From positions 58,838,001 to 58,902,000 of the forward strand of contig OX597827.1 in assembly GCA_951406725.2 (NCBI GenBank): a stretch of DNA of 64,000 bases, read 5' to 3'. Both the position numbers and the translations under genes were made by a program. This document shows, piece by piece, positions 15,180 through 25,000 of this stretch; position 1 is the first letter of the stretch; each line of letters begins with the position of its first letter. The notes beneath the pieces were generated by a model, which made no database searches, was not told the origin of the DNA, and saw only the letters and a list, made by a program, of their open reading frames with translations. The stretch is from Octopus vulgaris (Eukaryota).

Positions 15180-16946
15180 AACATATACAACAGGTTTCTA
15201 TCTACCAAACTGACTCACAAGATTTTGGTTGGCCCAAAGCTGTAGTAGAAGACATTTGCCCAAGGTACCACACAGTGGGACTGAGCCCCAAACCATAGGG
15301 CCAGCAGATTTCCAAGATTTAGCTCCCCCCCCCCAATTATCACAGAACCTTCTCCATGCTTAATAGGTGGAAGAAGGCAGACATGGTCAAATGCTTCTTT
15401 TGGCTGTATCCACATGTATACTCTGCCAGTGGTCGGAAATAAGGTAAAGGATGACTTGTTCAAGAAAATAACATTCTTCCACTGCTCTAGGAACCAATTC
15501 TGTAGGCTTTTACTCCACTCTAGACTGCCTTGAATGTTTCTGACAATGTCCATTCGGTAACTAGCAACTTGGAGTTAAACAGCAACAGAGTCATAGTTGC
15601 AATTTATCATTATTTACTCACCATAAATACATTCAAACATATGAATCTAGAGAAAACAATTAACTTTTATGAGAAAAAAAAAGGGGACGGATGTAGTCTT
15701 TCTGTTTATGCAAACAAATTGAATCATTGTGAACTATCATCATTGAAATTTTGTAAATATTTCTCGTTTTCATTTTTTGAATTGTAATTTCTGTTATTAA
15801 ACGTGGAATCCTCCTAAAACATTTTTGAAAAAAAATAAAAGTTAAACAAAAAATTGAGAGTGGAAGAGAATTTGAGAAACGCTCTTCTTTCTTTTCCCCT
15901 TTTTTGTGAAAAAAAAAAAAATCAACATTTTCGCTGTTGCAAACAGGAATGCGAAAAAAATTCATTGGAAGAAGGAAAAAAAAAGTGGGATGTTTCCTAC
16001 TCGACACGTCAGCTCGGAAAAGCCGAACTGCGTCAATATTTCTACTTTCAGTATTTGATCACAAATCGACAGAATACCAAAATAGTAATGAAAAAAAAAT
16101 AAATAAAGGAAAGCATAAAATATATACTCACAGACTTCAAGGGTGTCTTACAGGCAAGGAAGCGAGTACCTTTAATAATTTTACCAATTTTTGAATAAAT
16201 TTCCCATCTGAAAAGAGGTTTTAGAAATCTGGATAAAAGTTTTCAGTTACTTTCATTTTGTTACTTACTGATTTAGTTCCGGGTTATAGTAGTGGCAAGT
16301 TACTCAATACATGACTGTATGTGTAAACGGGTGAAATTTAAATGGTAAAGCCTTACTGTATTTAATCTAACCATTCCAATTGTGAATTCACAAGGTGAGT
16401 TTGACTCGGGCTGCGCTAAGAAATCGTCATATATTGAGAGCAGGTTTCGATTTCTAGTAGCAGCACAACAGTGATTTCTTATAATCGCGTTAACGTTCTT
16501 AGGAACTATGAATCTGAAACAATCTGTCATATATAGAAGACACTGAAAACTAACAGGATTTTTTAAATAAAGCTTACATTAACTGACCAAGCAAATTTCT
16601 TACGAAATTATTTCGAAATTGCGTAAGTCGAAGATAACTTTCTGAAAATAAATAAACAATATCAATAATTCCATTACAAAACAATCAACTAAAGCGACTA
16701 ACAGTAACGATAGGTTATGTTTACAAAGTAAAAAAAACAAACAAACTAGATGAAGGAACTGGAACGGTTACGAACAACTTTTCAAGATCCACTTATGGTA
16801 CAGAAGGATGCGTTCTCTCTCTACTGTCTATCTTTCAATAGTTTAGGTATTATATAGAGAAAGTCCCTTTTCAATTTGTCCATACGTATCTATATCTAAT
16901 AATCAACAGTAATATATCGACCTTACCTATCTGGTATACCAGGCAT
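2033..16946 (-). CDS. DUSP11: RNA/RNP complex-1-interacting phosphatase (DUSP11/PIR1 RNA 5'-tri/diphosphatase), 10 coding exons, about 321 aa
   Basis: Exons (minus) 16927-16946, 16132-16207, 13991-14022, 13391-13478, 12829-12911, 11275-11321, 8901-8961, 5720-5766, 4227-4287, 2033-2483. All are GT-AG and phase-compatible (966 nt). Translation: [32 protein letters not shown]...[16 protein letters not shown]...[12 protein letters not shown]...[22 protein letters not shown]...[19 protein letters not shown] plus a low-complexity tail. Motifs match the DUSP11 family. No guanylyltransferase domain, so it is not RNGTT. Confidence 0.93.
2770..3183 (-). mobile_element. tRNA-derived SINE dimer with Meta-like central domain
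   Basis: Core GCCTTTCATCCTTTC.GGGTCGAT.AA.T.AGTACCAG repeated twice; same family at 3431-3830, 25408-25816, 34630-35440, 55510-56320 and 63337-63570. Confidence 0.8.
3431..3830 (+). mobile_element. Meta-like SINE dimer, inverted relative to 2770-3183
   Basis: GGCGG..AGCTGGCA A-box head, GAGTTCAAATTC B-box, two tandem bodies. Confidence 0.8.
4227..4287 (-). CDS. DUSP11: DUSP11 exon 9 ([20 protein letters not shown])
   Basis: F..ARGH..ER.NY..DL motif; donor gtaagc. Confidence 0.93.
4326..4680 (-). mobile_element. Helitron-like non-autonomous element, 3' portion
   Basis: Reverse complement of the CCC.AGCAACGCCGGG hairpin + CGATACTGCTAG-T end shared with 9204-9566. Confidence 0.6.
5720..5766 (-). 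CDS. DUSP11: DUSP11 exon 8 ([15 protein letters not shown])
   Basis: atttcag|...|gtaagt; phase 2 to 1. Confidence 0.9.
7066..7420 (-). mobile_element. tRNA-derived SINE with CORE-like motif and internal microsatellite; most abundant family here
   Basis: Head TGGCTGTGTGG...GGTTCAGTCCC, motif GGCACCTTGGGCAAGTGTC, tail ATGACTGAAACAAGTAAAAGAGT. Further copies near 1-245, 9846-10183, 24586-25007, 52482-52645, 53500-53842, 56740-57075, 58110-58536, 60325-60610 and 62468-63185. Confidence 0.85.
7421..8820 (-). mobile_element. Degraded 5'-truncated RTE-clade LINE
   Basis: (CAT)n tail, 3'UTR and frameshifted RT segments homologous to 49706-52429 ([13 protein letters not shown]...[16 protein letters not shown]). 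Confidence 0.88.
8901..8961 (-). CDS. DUSP11: DUSP11 exon 7, catalytic P-loop ([20 protein letters not shown])
   Basis: HCxxGxxRTG signature; tttttcag|...|gtaaga. Confidence 0.95.
9204..9566 (+). mobile_element. Non-autonomous Helitron
   Basis: 5' TC(TA)nAAGCTGAAGTTGTCTGT, 3' hairpin CCCGAGCAACGCCGGG followed by CTAG|T; no TSD. Confidence 0.75.
10607..11160 (-). mobile_element. RTE LINE 3' fragment
   Basis: (CAT)n tail, CCATGCT.GCATGG stem-loop, a few 60-bp UTR units and the ORF end. Similar fragments at 26783-27320, 46160-46320 (+) and 59667-60320. Confidence 0.85.
11275..11321 (-). CDS. DUSP11: DUSP11 exon 6 ([15 protein letters not shown])
   Basis: attccag|...|gtaagt; F..V..FL.DN helix. 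Confidence 0.88.
12829..12911 (-). CDS. DUSP11: DUSP11 exon 5 ([28 protein letters not shown])
   Basis: tttttcag|...|gtacgt; Y.KI...G..P motif; phase 0 to 2. Confidence 0.88.
13391..13478 (-). CDS. DUSP11: DUSP11 exon 4 ([29 protein letters not shown])
   Basis: [12 protein letters not shown] motif; donor gtaagt. Confidence 0.92.
13991..14022 (-). CDS. DUSP11: DUSP11 exon 3 ([11 protein letters not shown]), 32 nt
   Basis: tctttcag|...|gtgagg; supplies the required phase 0 to 2 bridge. Confidence 0.8.
15300..15560 (-). mobile_element. Tc1-like transposase remnant
   Basis: [16 protein letters not shown]...GRVYMW...[12 protein letters not shown] resembles the Tc1 W..V.FSDES.F and TVKHGGGSVMVWG motifs. 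Confidence 0.7.
16132..16207 (-). CDS. DUSP11: DUSP11 exon 2 ([25 protein letters not shown])
   Basis: ttttcag|...|gtgagt; GTRF..K.PL family motif. Confidence 0.92.
16927..16946 (-). CDS. DUSP11: DUSP11 exon 1 (MPGIPDR)
   Basis: ccacgATGCCTGGTATACCAGATAG|gtaagg; phase 2 matches exon 2. Confidence 0.88.
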
Positions 16947-17165
16947 CGTGGTGGATGATCTTTCAACACAAGTGACACGGAAGAGTCAATTGGACATGAT
17001 GGGACAGCGAAACGGAAGTAAACACAGTACACGCGCGTTACCAACCGGTAGCTGATATTGGCGTGGGCGTGGGCGACATCGTCATAGATATATAATAAAC
17101 ATCCACCCTGAACAGTCGGTGTTCTGTTCAGTGTTTGCTTGAGATTAGTAAGTCACTTCACCAAC
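16947..17165. promoter_or_regulatory. Compact bidirectional promoter/5'UTR region shared by DUSP11 and ALDH3
   Basis: 219 bp between divergent ATGs; locally CpG-rich; CGGAAG ETS-like sites (about 16978 and 17013), tandem GGCGTGGGCGTGGGCG GC boxes (17060-17075), ATTGG boxes, TATATAA at 17089. Confidence 0.7.
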
Positions 17166-18653
17166 ATGTCAGCTGCTTCAGTTGTTGCAGGTTTACGGAA
17201 ATCATTCCGAGAAGGAGTAACTAAATCGTATGAATGGCGTCGCAGTCAACTACTAGCTTTGCTAAAACTGATTGATGACAACTTCTCTGATATAGCAGCT
17301 GCCCTAAAAGATGATTTGAATAAGTCAGAGTTCGAGAGTCAGTTGATGGAAGTGGATATTACCAGAAACGAAGTCGTCAACCACCTGAATAACCTATCTG
17401 AATGGATGAAACCGACCTATGTCAAGAAAACTTTAATAAACAGTTTGGATACTTGCATGATAAAACCTGAACCGTTAGGGGTATCTCTCGTCTTGGGCGC
17501 CTGGAACTACCCTTTTCACCTCGCTATAATGCCAGTGATAGGGGCCATCTCAGCTGGAAACTGTGTCATCCTCAAACCCTCAGAAATATCAGAGTGTACC
17601 TCGAACCTGATAAGTAAGTTGATGCCTAATTATTTGGACGATCGGTGCTTGAAAGTGATGTTGGGCGGTATCCCAGAAACAACGGAGCTACTCAAAGAAC
17701 GTTTTGATTACATTTTCTATACAGGTAGCACTTCAGTCGGTAAGATCATCATGACTGCTGCCGCCAAACATTTAACCCCTGTCACTCTGGAATTAGGTGG
17801 TAAGAGCCCTGTTTATGTTGATAAAACCAGTGACTTACCTACTGTTGCCAATCGAATCATGTGGGGCAAATGTGCGAATTCTGGACAAACCTGTATTGCC
17901 CCTGACTTCGTATTATGTTCTCCTGATTTGCAGCAAAAACTTGTGGAAGCACTGAAAAATAGTGTAACGAAGTTTTTTGGCACCGATGTTTCTAAATCAG
18001 AGTATTACTGTCGCATTATTAACAACCAACACTTTCTTCGTATAAAAAAACTACTTGAGGGCCAAAAACCTGCCTTTGGGGGCGATATGAACGAAGCGGA
18101 TAAATTCATAGCACCAACAGTTTTGACGGACGTAAAACCCACTGACCAGGTTATGGAGGGCGAAATATTCGGTCCCGTTTTACCCATTCTACCCATGGAA
18201 AACGTTCAGGCAGCCATCGATTATATAAACAGCAGACCAAAACCACTTGCTCTCTATGTATTTTCTAATGATAGCAAAGTGGTGAACAAATTCCTTTCGG
18301 AAACTTCAAGTGGTGGCGTTTGTGTTAACGATACCTTGATGCAGATATCCATGGAGACCCTACCATTTGGTGGCGTGGGTGAAAGTGGTATGGGTGCCTA
18401 CCACGGCAAACACTCATTCGATACGTTCTCTCACATGAAATCAATCATGTGGAAATCTCAAGCCTTAGAATCCGTTAACGACCTCCGTTATCCTCCGTAT
18501 ACCGAGAAAAACATGACCTGGCTGAGAAGACTATCAAGGAAATCTGTTAAAAGTAAGTCTTGGCTGCCGTTCTCTCTACTTGGATTGGTGCTATTTAGTG
18601 CTGTTATGCTTATTATGACGAATAAGGACCACATTATGACCAAATTCCAATAA
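17166..18653 (+). CDS. ALDH3A2: Aldehyde dehydrogenase family 3 (ALDH3A2/FALDH-like), intronless CDS, 495 aa, C-terminal transmembrane anchor
   Basis: First ATG at 17166 (the ORF track starts at an upstream TTG). Motifs EPLGVSLVLGAWNYPF, KPSE, YTGSTSVG, LELGGKSP (catalytic Glu), NSGQTCIAPD (catalytic Cys), EIFGPVLP, PFGGVGESGMG, RYPPY; hydrophobic tail WLPFSLLGLVLFSAVMLIM; AATAAA near 19096 and 19208. Confidence 0.95.
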   Translation: MSAASVVAGLRKSFREGVTKSYEWRRSQLLALLKLIDDNFSDIAAALKDDLNKSEFESQLMEVDITRNEVVNHLNNLSEWMKPTYVKKTLINSLDTCMIKPEPLGVSLVLGAWNYPFHLAIMPVIGAISAGNCVILKPSEISECTSNLISKLMPNYLDDRCLKVMLGGIPETTELLKERFDYIFYTGSTSVGKIIMTAAAKHLTPVTLELGGKSPVYVDKTSDLPTVANRIMWGKCANSGQTCIAPDFVLCSPDLQQKLVEALKNSVTKFFGTDVSKSEYYCRIINNQHFLRIKKLLEGQKPAFGGDMNEADKFIAPTVLTDVKPTDQVMEGEIFGPVLPILPMENVQAAIDYINSRPKPLALYVFSNDSKVVNKFLSETSSGGVCVNDTLMQISMETLPFGGVGESGMGAYHGKHSFDTFSHMKSIMWKSQALESVNDLRYPPYTEKNMTWLRRLSRKSVKSKSWLPFSLLGLVLFSAVMLIMTNKDHIMTKFQ

Positions 18654-19835
18654 TATACCAAAAAAGAAACCCCATGGAATTTTATTTTCTGTTTAGGAAA
18701 TTATTACTGCAATACTACCTATCTCCCAATTAATTTAGTAACACTGGCTCAGGCAATAGCAATATATTTACATTTTTCATCTAAACTAGATGGGGAAATA
18801 GAATATTCAGACTTTTAGTTTGTTTATGTAGTTTCTTGTAATGGATAAGTGAGGCGAGCAGATGATTCTGGAGAGAAAGACGATTCATTAATTAGCAAGT
18901 AGCTAACTTTCTCAACTTTTTTTTTTCTGTATTTTATTAATTTCTGAAGTTTTCTTTCATAATTAATGCTTTGCGAAAGGCATGTCTCATATAAGTATAA
19001 GCATAAGCTTTCATACAAATACATCCATGCAGCGATACATACATATGTATGTTATTTCAACTTTAATTAAAGACACACAAACCAGCGATGGTTTAAATAA
19101 AGCTGTGTACATGTATATTGAACTTCTTTTATATAAACTACATTTATATTGAACCCTTTTCTGTCTCTCACTCACAAAAAATTAAAAGCAAAAAAAAAAG
19201 AAACAACAATAAAATGGTATTTTTTCTTTATTTTGTCTCTGTCAATTATTTCCAGGAATATATATATACATATATAACTTGGGTAAGTTTGTAATTTTAA
19301 CATTTTCCATTCTCATTACATACATTCAATGATCTTTTTTCTCTATTCATCGTTTTTTCTTTTCCTATTTTAATTCTTAAGGCGAAGTTTCGTAATGAAG
19401 TATTGAATTCTTTAATTTTCTTTTTCTCATGGTTAAAACATTCAGAGGGAAAAAGAAAGGAGAATAATGAAGTTTGCAATTAGTTTTATATTCCAAAGCA
19501 ACAAAGAATGAAAGGGGCTAGTAGAAATGTAAGTAAAATTTAAATTTTAGAAGTTTATTTACATATTTTACGAATTGTAATCTCCGATGTTTAAACTGAA
19601 AGACTAAATTTTAAAAAAAAAGGGTTAACTCGAGTTGCTTATTTCGAAAGTCTGACACACATTGTAACCTTTAACCTTTAAAATGACCCGATGAAATTTT
19701 AAAAAATTCTTGTTACTTTCTTAAACCTTACTTTTACACGCGTTCGAAAAACTGGTTACAAAAAAAAAAAAGCGCATGAGAAAGTTTTTCTTAGGAGGAG
19801 GACTACGTTAAATTATACGTTAAATTAACATATTG

Positions 19836-20272
19836 AAAGTTAATGTGTGAAAACAATATAGGAATTTTGAAAGAAGTTTCTATCAAACTAGTTTTGCTAT
19901 GGAGGTCCGCCAGAATAAAATAATAATCAAAGGGGTCCATAAAAGAAAAAATGGTTTGAGAACCCCTATTCTAGTCAACTTGTCGAAGTGAGATGACGGT
20001 AAACTCAAGAGATGTCAAATTTGACAGCAAAATTTACATTTCAGTGGCATTACTCTGTGCGTGTGTGTGTGTGGTCCCTTCTTTCCTCCGAGGCATCTCT
20101 TCAGTTTACCGTCACCTCACTTCGACAAGTTGACTAGACTAGGGGTTCTCAAACCATTTTTTCTTTTATGGACCCCTTTGATTATTATTTTATTCTGGCG
20201 GACCCCCATAGCAAAACTAGTTTGATAGAAACTTCTTTCAAAATTCCTATATTGTTTTCACACATTAACTTT
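19836..20272. repeat. Inverted duplication, about 180-bp arms with about 75-bp spacer
   Basis: 19836-20016 is the reverse complement of 20092-20272 with few mismatches. Confidence 0.9.
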
Positions 20273-20603
20273 TGTAGGTTGAACTGTGTAAAACATTAGG
20301 AAAAGAAGCCTATCTGTTTCTTTGTAATATATACCAATACATGTGTAGTGACTTTTTCAAAAACACTTTTCTCACTGAAAAATAATAGTTGACGACAGTT
20401 AGATTGAACACATGACTTTACCAAGCCAGTTTGTCTTTTCCACTTCCCTCCTAACCTTCTGTATGCAATGGCGAGTTGAATTGAGATAACAGTTGACAAC
20501 CTACGAACATCTGTTCTCTGTTGTTTTTTTTTGTTTTTTTGACTCGGGTCAAAGCTTTAGTTTAACCTACCCCTCTTTCTAGTTAGCTTACATTGTTATA
20601 AAT

Positions 20604-20960
20604 GTGGAGGAGCAATGGCCCAGTGGTTAGGGCAGCGGACTCGCGGTCATAGGATTGCGGTTTCGATTCTCAGATTGGGTGTTGTTAGTGTTTATTGAGC
20701 GAAAGCTCCATGAGGCTCCGGCAGGGAATGGTGGCGAACCCTGCAGTACTCTTTCACCACAACTTTCTCTCACTCTTACTTCGTGTTTCTGTTGTGCCTG
20801 TAATTCAAAGGGCCAGCCGTGTCACGCTGAATATCTCCGAATGTCTGTTGAGCGCTCAACCACTTGCACATTACAATTGGTAACTGCCAACTCGAACATT
20901 AATTTCCCGATCGGATCAACTGGAACCCTTGTCGTCGTATGCGACGGAGTGCCTAGAGAC
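20604..20960 (+). mobile_element. tRNA-derived SINE (GTGGAGG.GCAATGGCCCAGTGG head)
   Basis: A-box TGGCCCAGTGG, B-box GGTTTCGATTC; related heads at 24283(-), 33571, 34470(-), 36222, 37243, 38313, 47570(-) and 48765. Confidence 0.8.
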
Positions 20961-20967
20961 ATTGTTA

Positions 20968-22007
20968 TCTATATATATATATAAAGCTGAAGTTGTCTGT
21001 GTGTGGCAGGTTTGGTAGCCTTCAACTAACACTATCTCCTCCGAGACCCTGCGGCGCAAGTTGACCAACATTGAGAGTATGATAGAAGAAGGCTTGCTCT
21101 TAATTCCGTAGAAGATAAAATTCAAATCGGACCATGTTAAGACCAAAAATTATTTACATCAAAAAGGTACTTTTTTTGGTTAATATCTAGATCCGCACCC
21201 GGTGGGAAAAATGAGATCCGCACCCGGTGGGAAAAATGGAAACGAAAATGTGTAACAGTTGTAAGGTATCGTATATTGAAGGAATATGACGAAAAAAAAG
21301 CGCGCTGACAAACGGGGGGGGGGGCTCGGAAAATTGCCTACGATTTAAAGAAAAATTTACCATCAATTTTCACCATTTTAAACGCATTTCACACACATAG
21401 CCCAATGTCATAATTCAAAACTAACGCAGCAAAAATTTTGAAAAGTTCCCCCAGTTCTGAAAAAAATCGATAAATTCGACATGGGGTCGCGAATCAGAAA
21501 CACAATGGTGAAAATTGATGGTAAATTTTTCTTTAAATCGTAGGCAATTTTCCGAGCCCCCCCCCCCCGTTTGTCAGCGCGCTTTTTTTTCGTCATATTC
21601 CTTCAATATACGATGCCTTACACCTGTTACACATATTTTTTTCCATTTTTGCCTCTACGGTTGATCCTGGGAATTTCCCGAGCCCCACCCCCCACCCCCC
21701 GTTTGTCAGCGCGCTTTTTTCCCGTCTTATTCCGTCAATATACGATGCCTTACAACTGTTACACATTTTCGTTTCCATTTTTCCCACCGGGTGCGGATCT
21801 AGATATTAACCCTTTTTTTTCTATGAAAATCCCTGTTTTTCACGATTTTTTTTTTACTGCTGTGTCGACATTTTTCGGTGTATTTCAACCAGAAAAATGT
21901 TCACTTAAAGAGAATAACAAGCTACATAATGCAAAATTTTTACTTTTCAAAAATTCCAATTCTAAAGGGTCGAAACAAACCCGAGCAACGCCGGACGATA
22001 CTGCTAG
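20968..22007 (+). mobile_element. Non-autonomous Helitron carrying a nested foldback insertion
   Basis: A|TC...CTAG|T termini with 3' hairpin; colinear with 9204-9566 apart from the 21178-21812 insert and a short indel. Confidence 0.8.
21178..21812. mobile_element. Foldback/MULE-like non-autonomous DNA element
   Basis: Termini GGTTAATATCTAGATCCGCACCCGGTGGGAAAAATG and its reverse complement; about 200-bp arms with duplicated sub-blocks; flanked by T-runs. Confidence 0.7.
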
Positions 22008-25000
22008 TAAATAGTAAAATTCCGTAAGGAAAAATCAGTTGGTGAAAAAGAGACGACCACTGGCAGAATTCAGTTGGTGAGAGAAGGCTCACGGCTAGAA
22101 TGACAACTATGATATAGTGTCTTTACTTCATCACCACGTTTGTACATTATTTGCTCACTATAGCTCATCTTCCCTTTCTAACAAACGTCATTCTCTCTCT
22201 CCACTGCTATTTAAATCAACTTCCTACACTTATATTTACTTTATCTTCCTCTGACCCTCATTTAGCATCTAAGTAGGAGGTCAACATAAAAACAGCAACA
22301 ACATCCAAGATAGGATAATTCTCTCTATTGTTTTTGTGTTATACCATCCCGACGTCGTGTGTTGCTATATATTAATAATGGTAAATAAAATTTGGAGTCA
22401 GCATCAACTTCGACCAGTCATTCTTTGACATCCGCATCATCATCATCATCCATAGAACAACTCAAAACGAATTAATGCATCTACCGTTACAATTGGTAAC
22501 TGCCAACTCAAACATAGCATTACACATGCATTTAAAGCAAGATGTTTCCAGGGGCCCTTAAAATACTATCATGGATCCTGAATTTACTATTTTGTTATGG
22601 ATCCTCAGGGGGCCACATAAACACCGGTTGAGAACCACTGGCTGAGGCAGGCAGGTGACGGAATTCTGGTTTAAGTACCCCATATATAACCCCTTGACTT
22701 TTTATATTTCTTGGAATTTTCAGAAAATCTTTGTGAAATTCTGCCAAAGACTGTTTTACCACTGGTTACTTTGCTGGGAGGGAATTCCAATGAAATAATA
22801 ATAAATGAAAACCTGAATGTTGACATCGAGGATTTTAAGCCCTGTGTCACTGCTGCTGTTGTTTGGGCCCTGGGTCAACCTGACTAAGCAAGCTACTAAG
22901 AAAAAAAAAATGGTAGCAATTTATTGAGAACAGTCAATGAAATACAATTGACTGAAAACAGTTGAACAAAAAAGAAAATAAAATCAAAATTATCAGAGTA
23001 ACATTTAATTGAATTGATAATCAAATTATCACAACTATTTGAATTATGGAAAATAGGTTAAAGGTAAAAGAATGATATCATTATGTTTAGTTTATTATTA
23101 TTATTATTAAAATGTTTGTGTGTGTGGGAACGCGGAGTAGACGAAACAAGGACAACTGAAGAAGGAGAATATTGCTGTTTTTTCATCGTTTGAAAAAAAG
23201 TTTGTTTCTATGTTTTTGTTTTTAAGTTTTCATTTCTCATTGTGTTCAACGTAGTTTTGATGTCCTGTACCCATATATGCATGTATATATACATATAAAT
23301 GTAGGTATGTACATATATGTATGTATATATGCATATATTTATATATTATTTATATTATTATATGATTGAACGCCACGCATCCTTTTCCAAGTAAGCTTTA
23401 TCTTCATATTTATTTTAACCTGAAAACAAGTACATTATGTCAAAGTCCTTTTTAATGGATTTTATTTCTGCTAATTGATGAGGTGAGATTTATCCATCTG
23501 CATTGTAAAAGCATAGCATGCTCTGAAAAAATAATTTGGAAGTCTACTTGTGCTGGTGACACATATAAAGCAGCCAGCGCACTGTAAAGTGGTTGGCATT
23601 AGGAAGGACATCCAGCTGTAGAAACCATGCCGAAACTGACAATAGGAAGCAGAGCAACGCTTCAGTTGGCCAACTTCTACCAACCCATGCCAGCATGGAG
23701 AATGGATGTTAAATAATAAAGATGATGACACTGCCTGACCAAATGAAAAGCAAGTCCTTCAGAGCCATAGTAGAATCAATTCTTCTTTATGGTTCATTAT
23801 CTTGGGCTCTGACAAAAGAAAGATTGATGGGACCTACACACACATGTTGCATGTTGTCTTCATCAAATGGAAACGGCATCCAAAGAAGGCAGAGCTTTAT
23901 AGAAATATCCCCAACATATCAATAATTCAAGAGTGTATGACAAAATATGCTGGTCACTGCTATTAACGATAAACGTCGCCCTTTTCAAACCTGGCCAGGC
24001 TCATGGGCCCGGTTTCCCTGTTTCTGTGGCGTATGTGTTCCCCCCCCCCCAGCTGGACGGGACACCAGTCCATCACAGTGTTAGTCAAGAAACAGGAAGG
24101 GAGAGTGAGAGAAAGTTGTGACGAAAGAGTACAACAGGGGTCGCCACCACCCCCTGCCGGAGCCTCGTGGAGCTTTTAGGTGTTTTTGCTCAATAAGCAC
24201 ACAACGCCTGGTCTGGAAATTGAAACTGCGATCCTCCAATCGTGAGTCTGTTGCCCTAACCACTGGGTCATTGCGCCTCCACCACTGATATTAAAGCAAA
24301 GGTTAAATTGTGAATGAGTTTCTATTGTGGATCATGAGCCAAGGGAATTCTCATGTTAGAAGACCAAAAATGACATACATTGATGGACTTTCTCATGATG
24401 TTGAGTTACAAATAGAACCCAGAAATGTTGTGGATGACAGGAACACTTAGAGACAAAGAGGAGAATTGGTGTGGGCAACCAACTCACCTGAAATGATCGA
24501 TAGATCACAGCTAGTTCACAATCTGCAGAAATTGAATTAATACTTGAAAATGGTGTAAATGTTTCACTGTAAGAAAAACTATTACTCTTTACTCTTTCAC
24601 TTGTTTCAGTCATTTGACTGTGGCCATGCTGGAGCACTGCATTTAGTCGAGCAAATCGACCCCAGGACTTATTCTTTGTAAGCCTAGTACTTATTCTATC
24701 GGACTCTTTTGCCGAACTGCTAAGTTACAGGGACGTAAACACACCAACATCTGTTGTCAAGCGATGTTGGGGGGACAAACACAGACACACAAACATATAT
24801 ACACACACACACATATGTATATATATATATACACACACACACACACGACAGGCTTCTTTCAGTTTCCTTCTACCAAATCTACTCACAAGGCTTTGGTTGG
24901 CCCGAGGCTATAGTAGAAGACACTTGCCCAAGGTGCCATGCAGTGGAAATGAACCCGGAACCATGTGATTGGTAAGCAAACTACTTACCACATAGCCACT

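Larger units (their letters stand above)
20140..22640. mobile_element. hAT-like MITE ends (TAGGGGTTCTCAAAC ... GGTTGAGAACCACTG) enclosing nested SINE and Helitron insertions
   Basis: hAT-type TIR motifs; the 8-bp flanks match poorly, so the two ends may belong to different copies. Confidence 0.45.

Noticed and set aside
16269-16320. Alternative DUSP11 first coding exon ending at a GTAAGT donor at 16268
   Set aside because: In-frame stop and no ATG in the required phase; 16927-16946 gives the conserved IPDRW
17139-17165. ORF-track start of ALDH3 at 17139
   Set aside because: That codon is TTG; the first ATG (aacATGt) is at 17166 and fits ALDH3 length
17166-18653. Horizontal transfer from bacteria as the explanation for the intronless ALDH
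   Set aside because: Animal FALDH-like features (RYPPY followed by a C-terminal membrane anchor) and host-like AT-rich codon usage; retroposition is simpler, pending a phylogeny
20604-20680. tRNA-like sequences with A and B boxes
   Set aside because: SINE heads continuing into SINE bodies; no complete cloverleaf
22724-22888. Possible plus-strand exons near 22277, 22724, 23069 and 25015
   Set aside because: Splice signals are plausible, but there is no recognisable homology or unique phase solution; cannot be supported without RNA data
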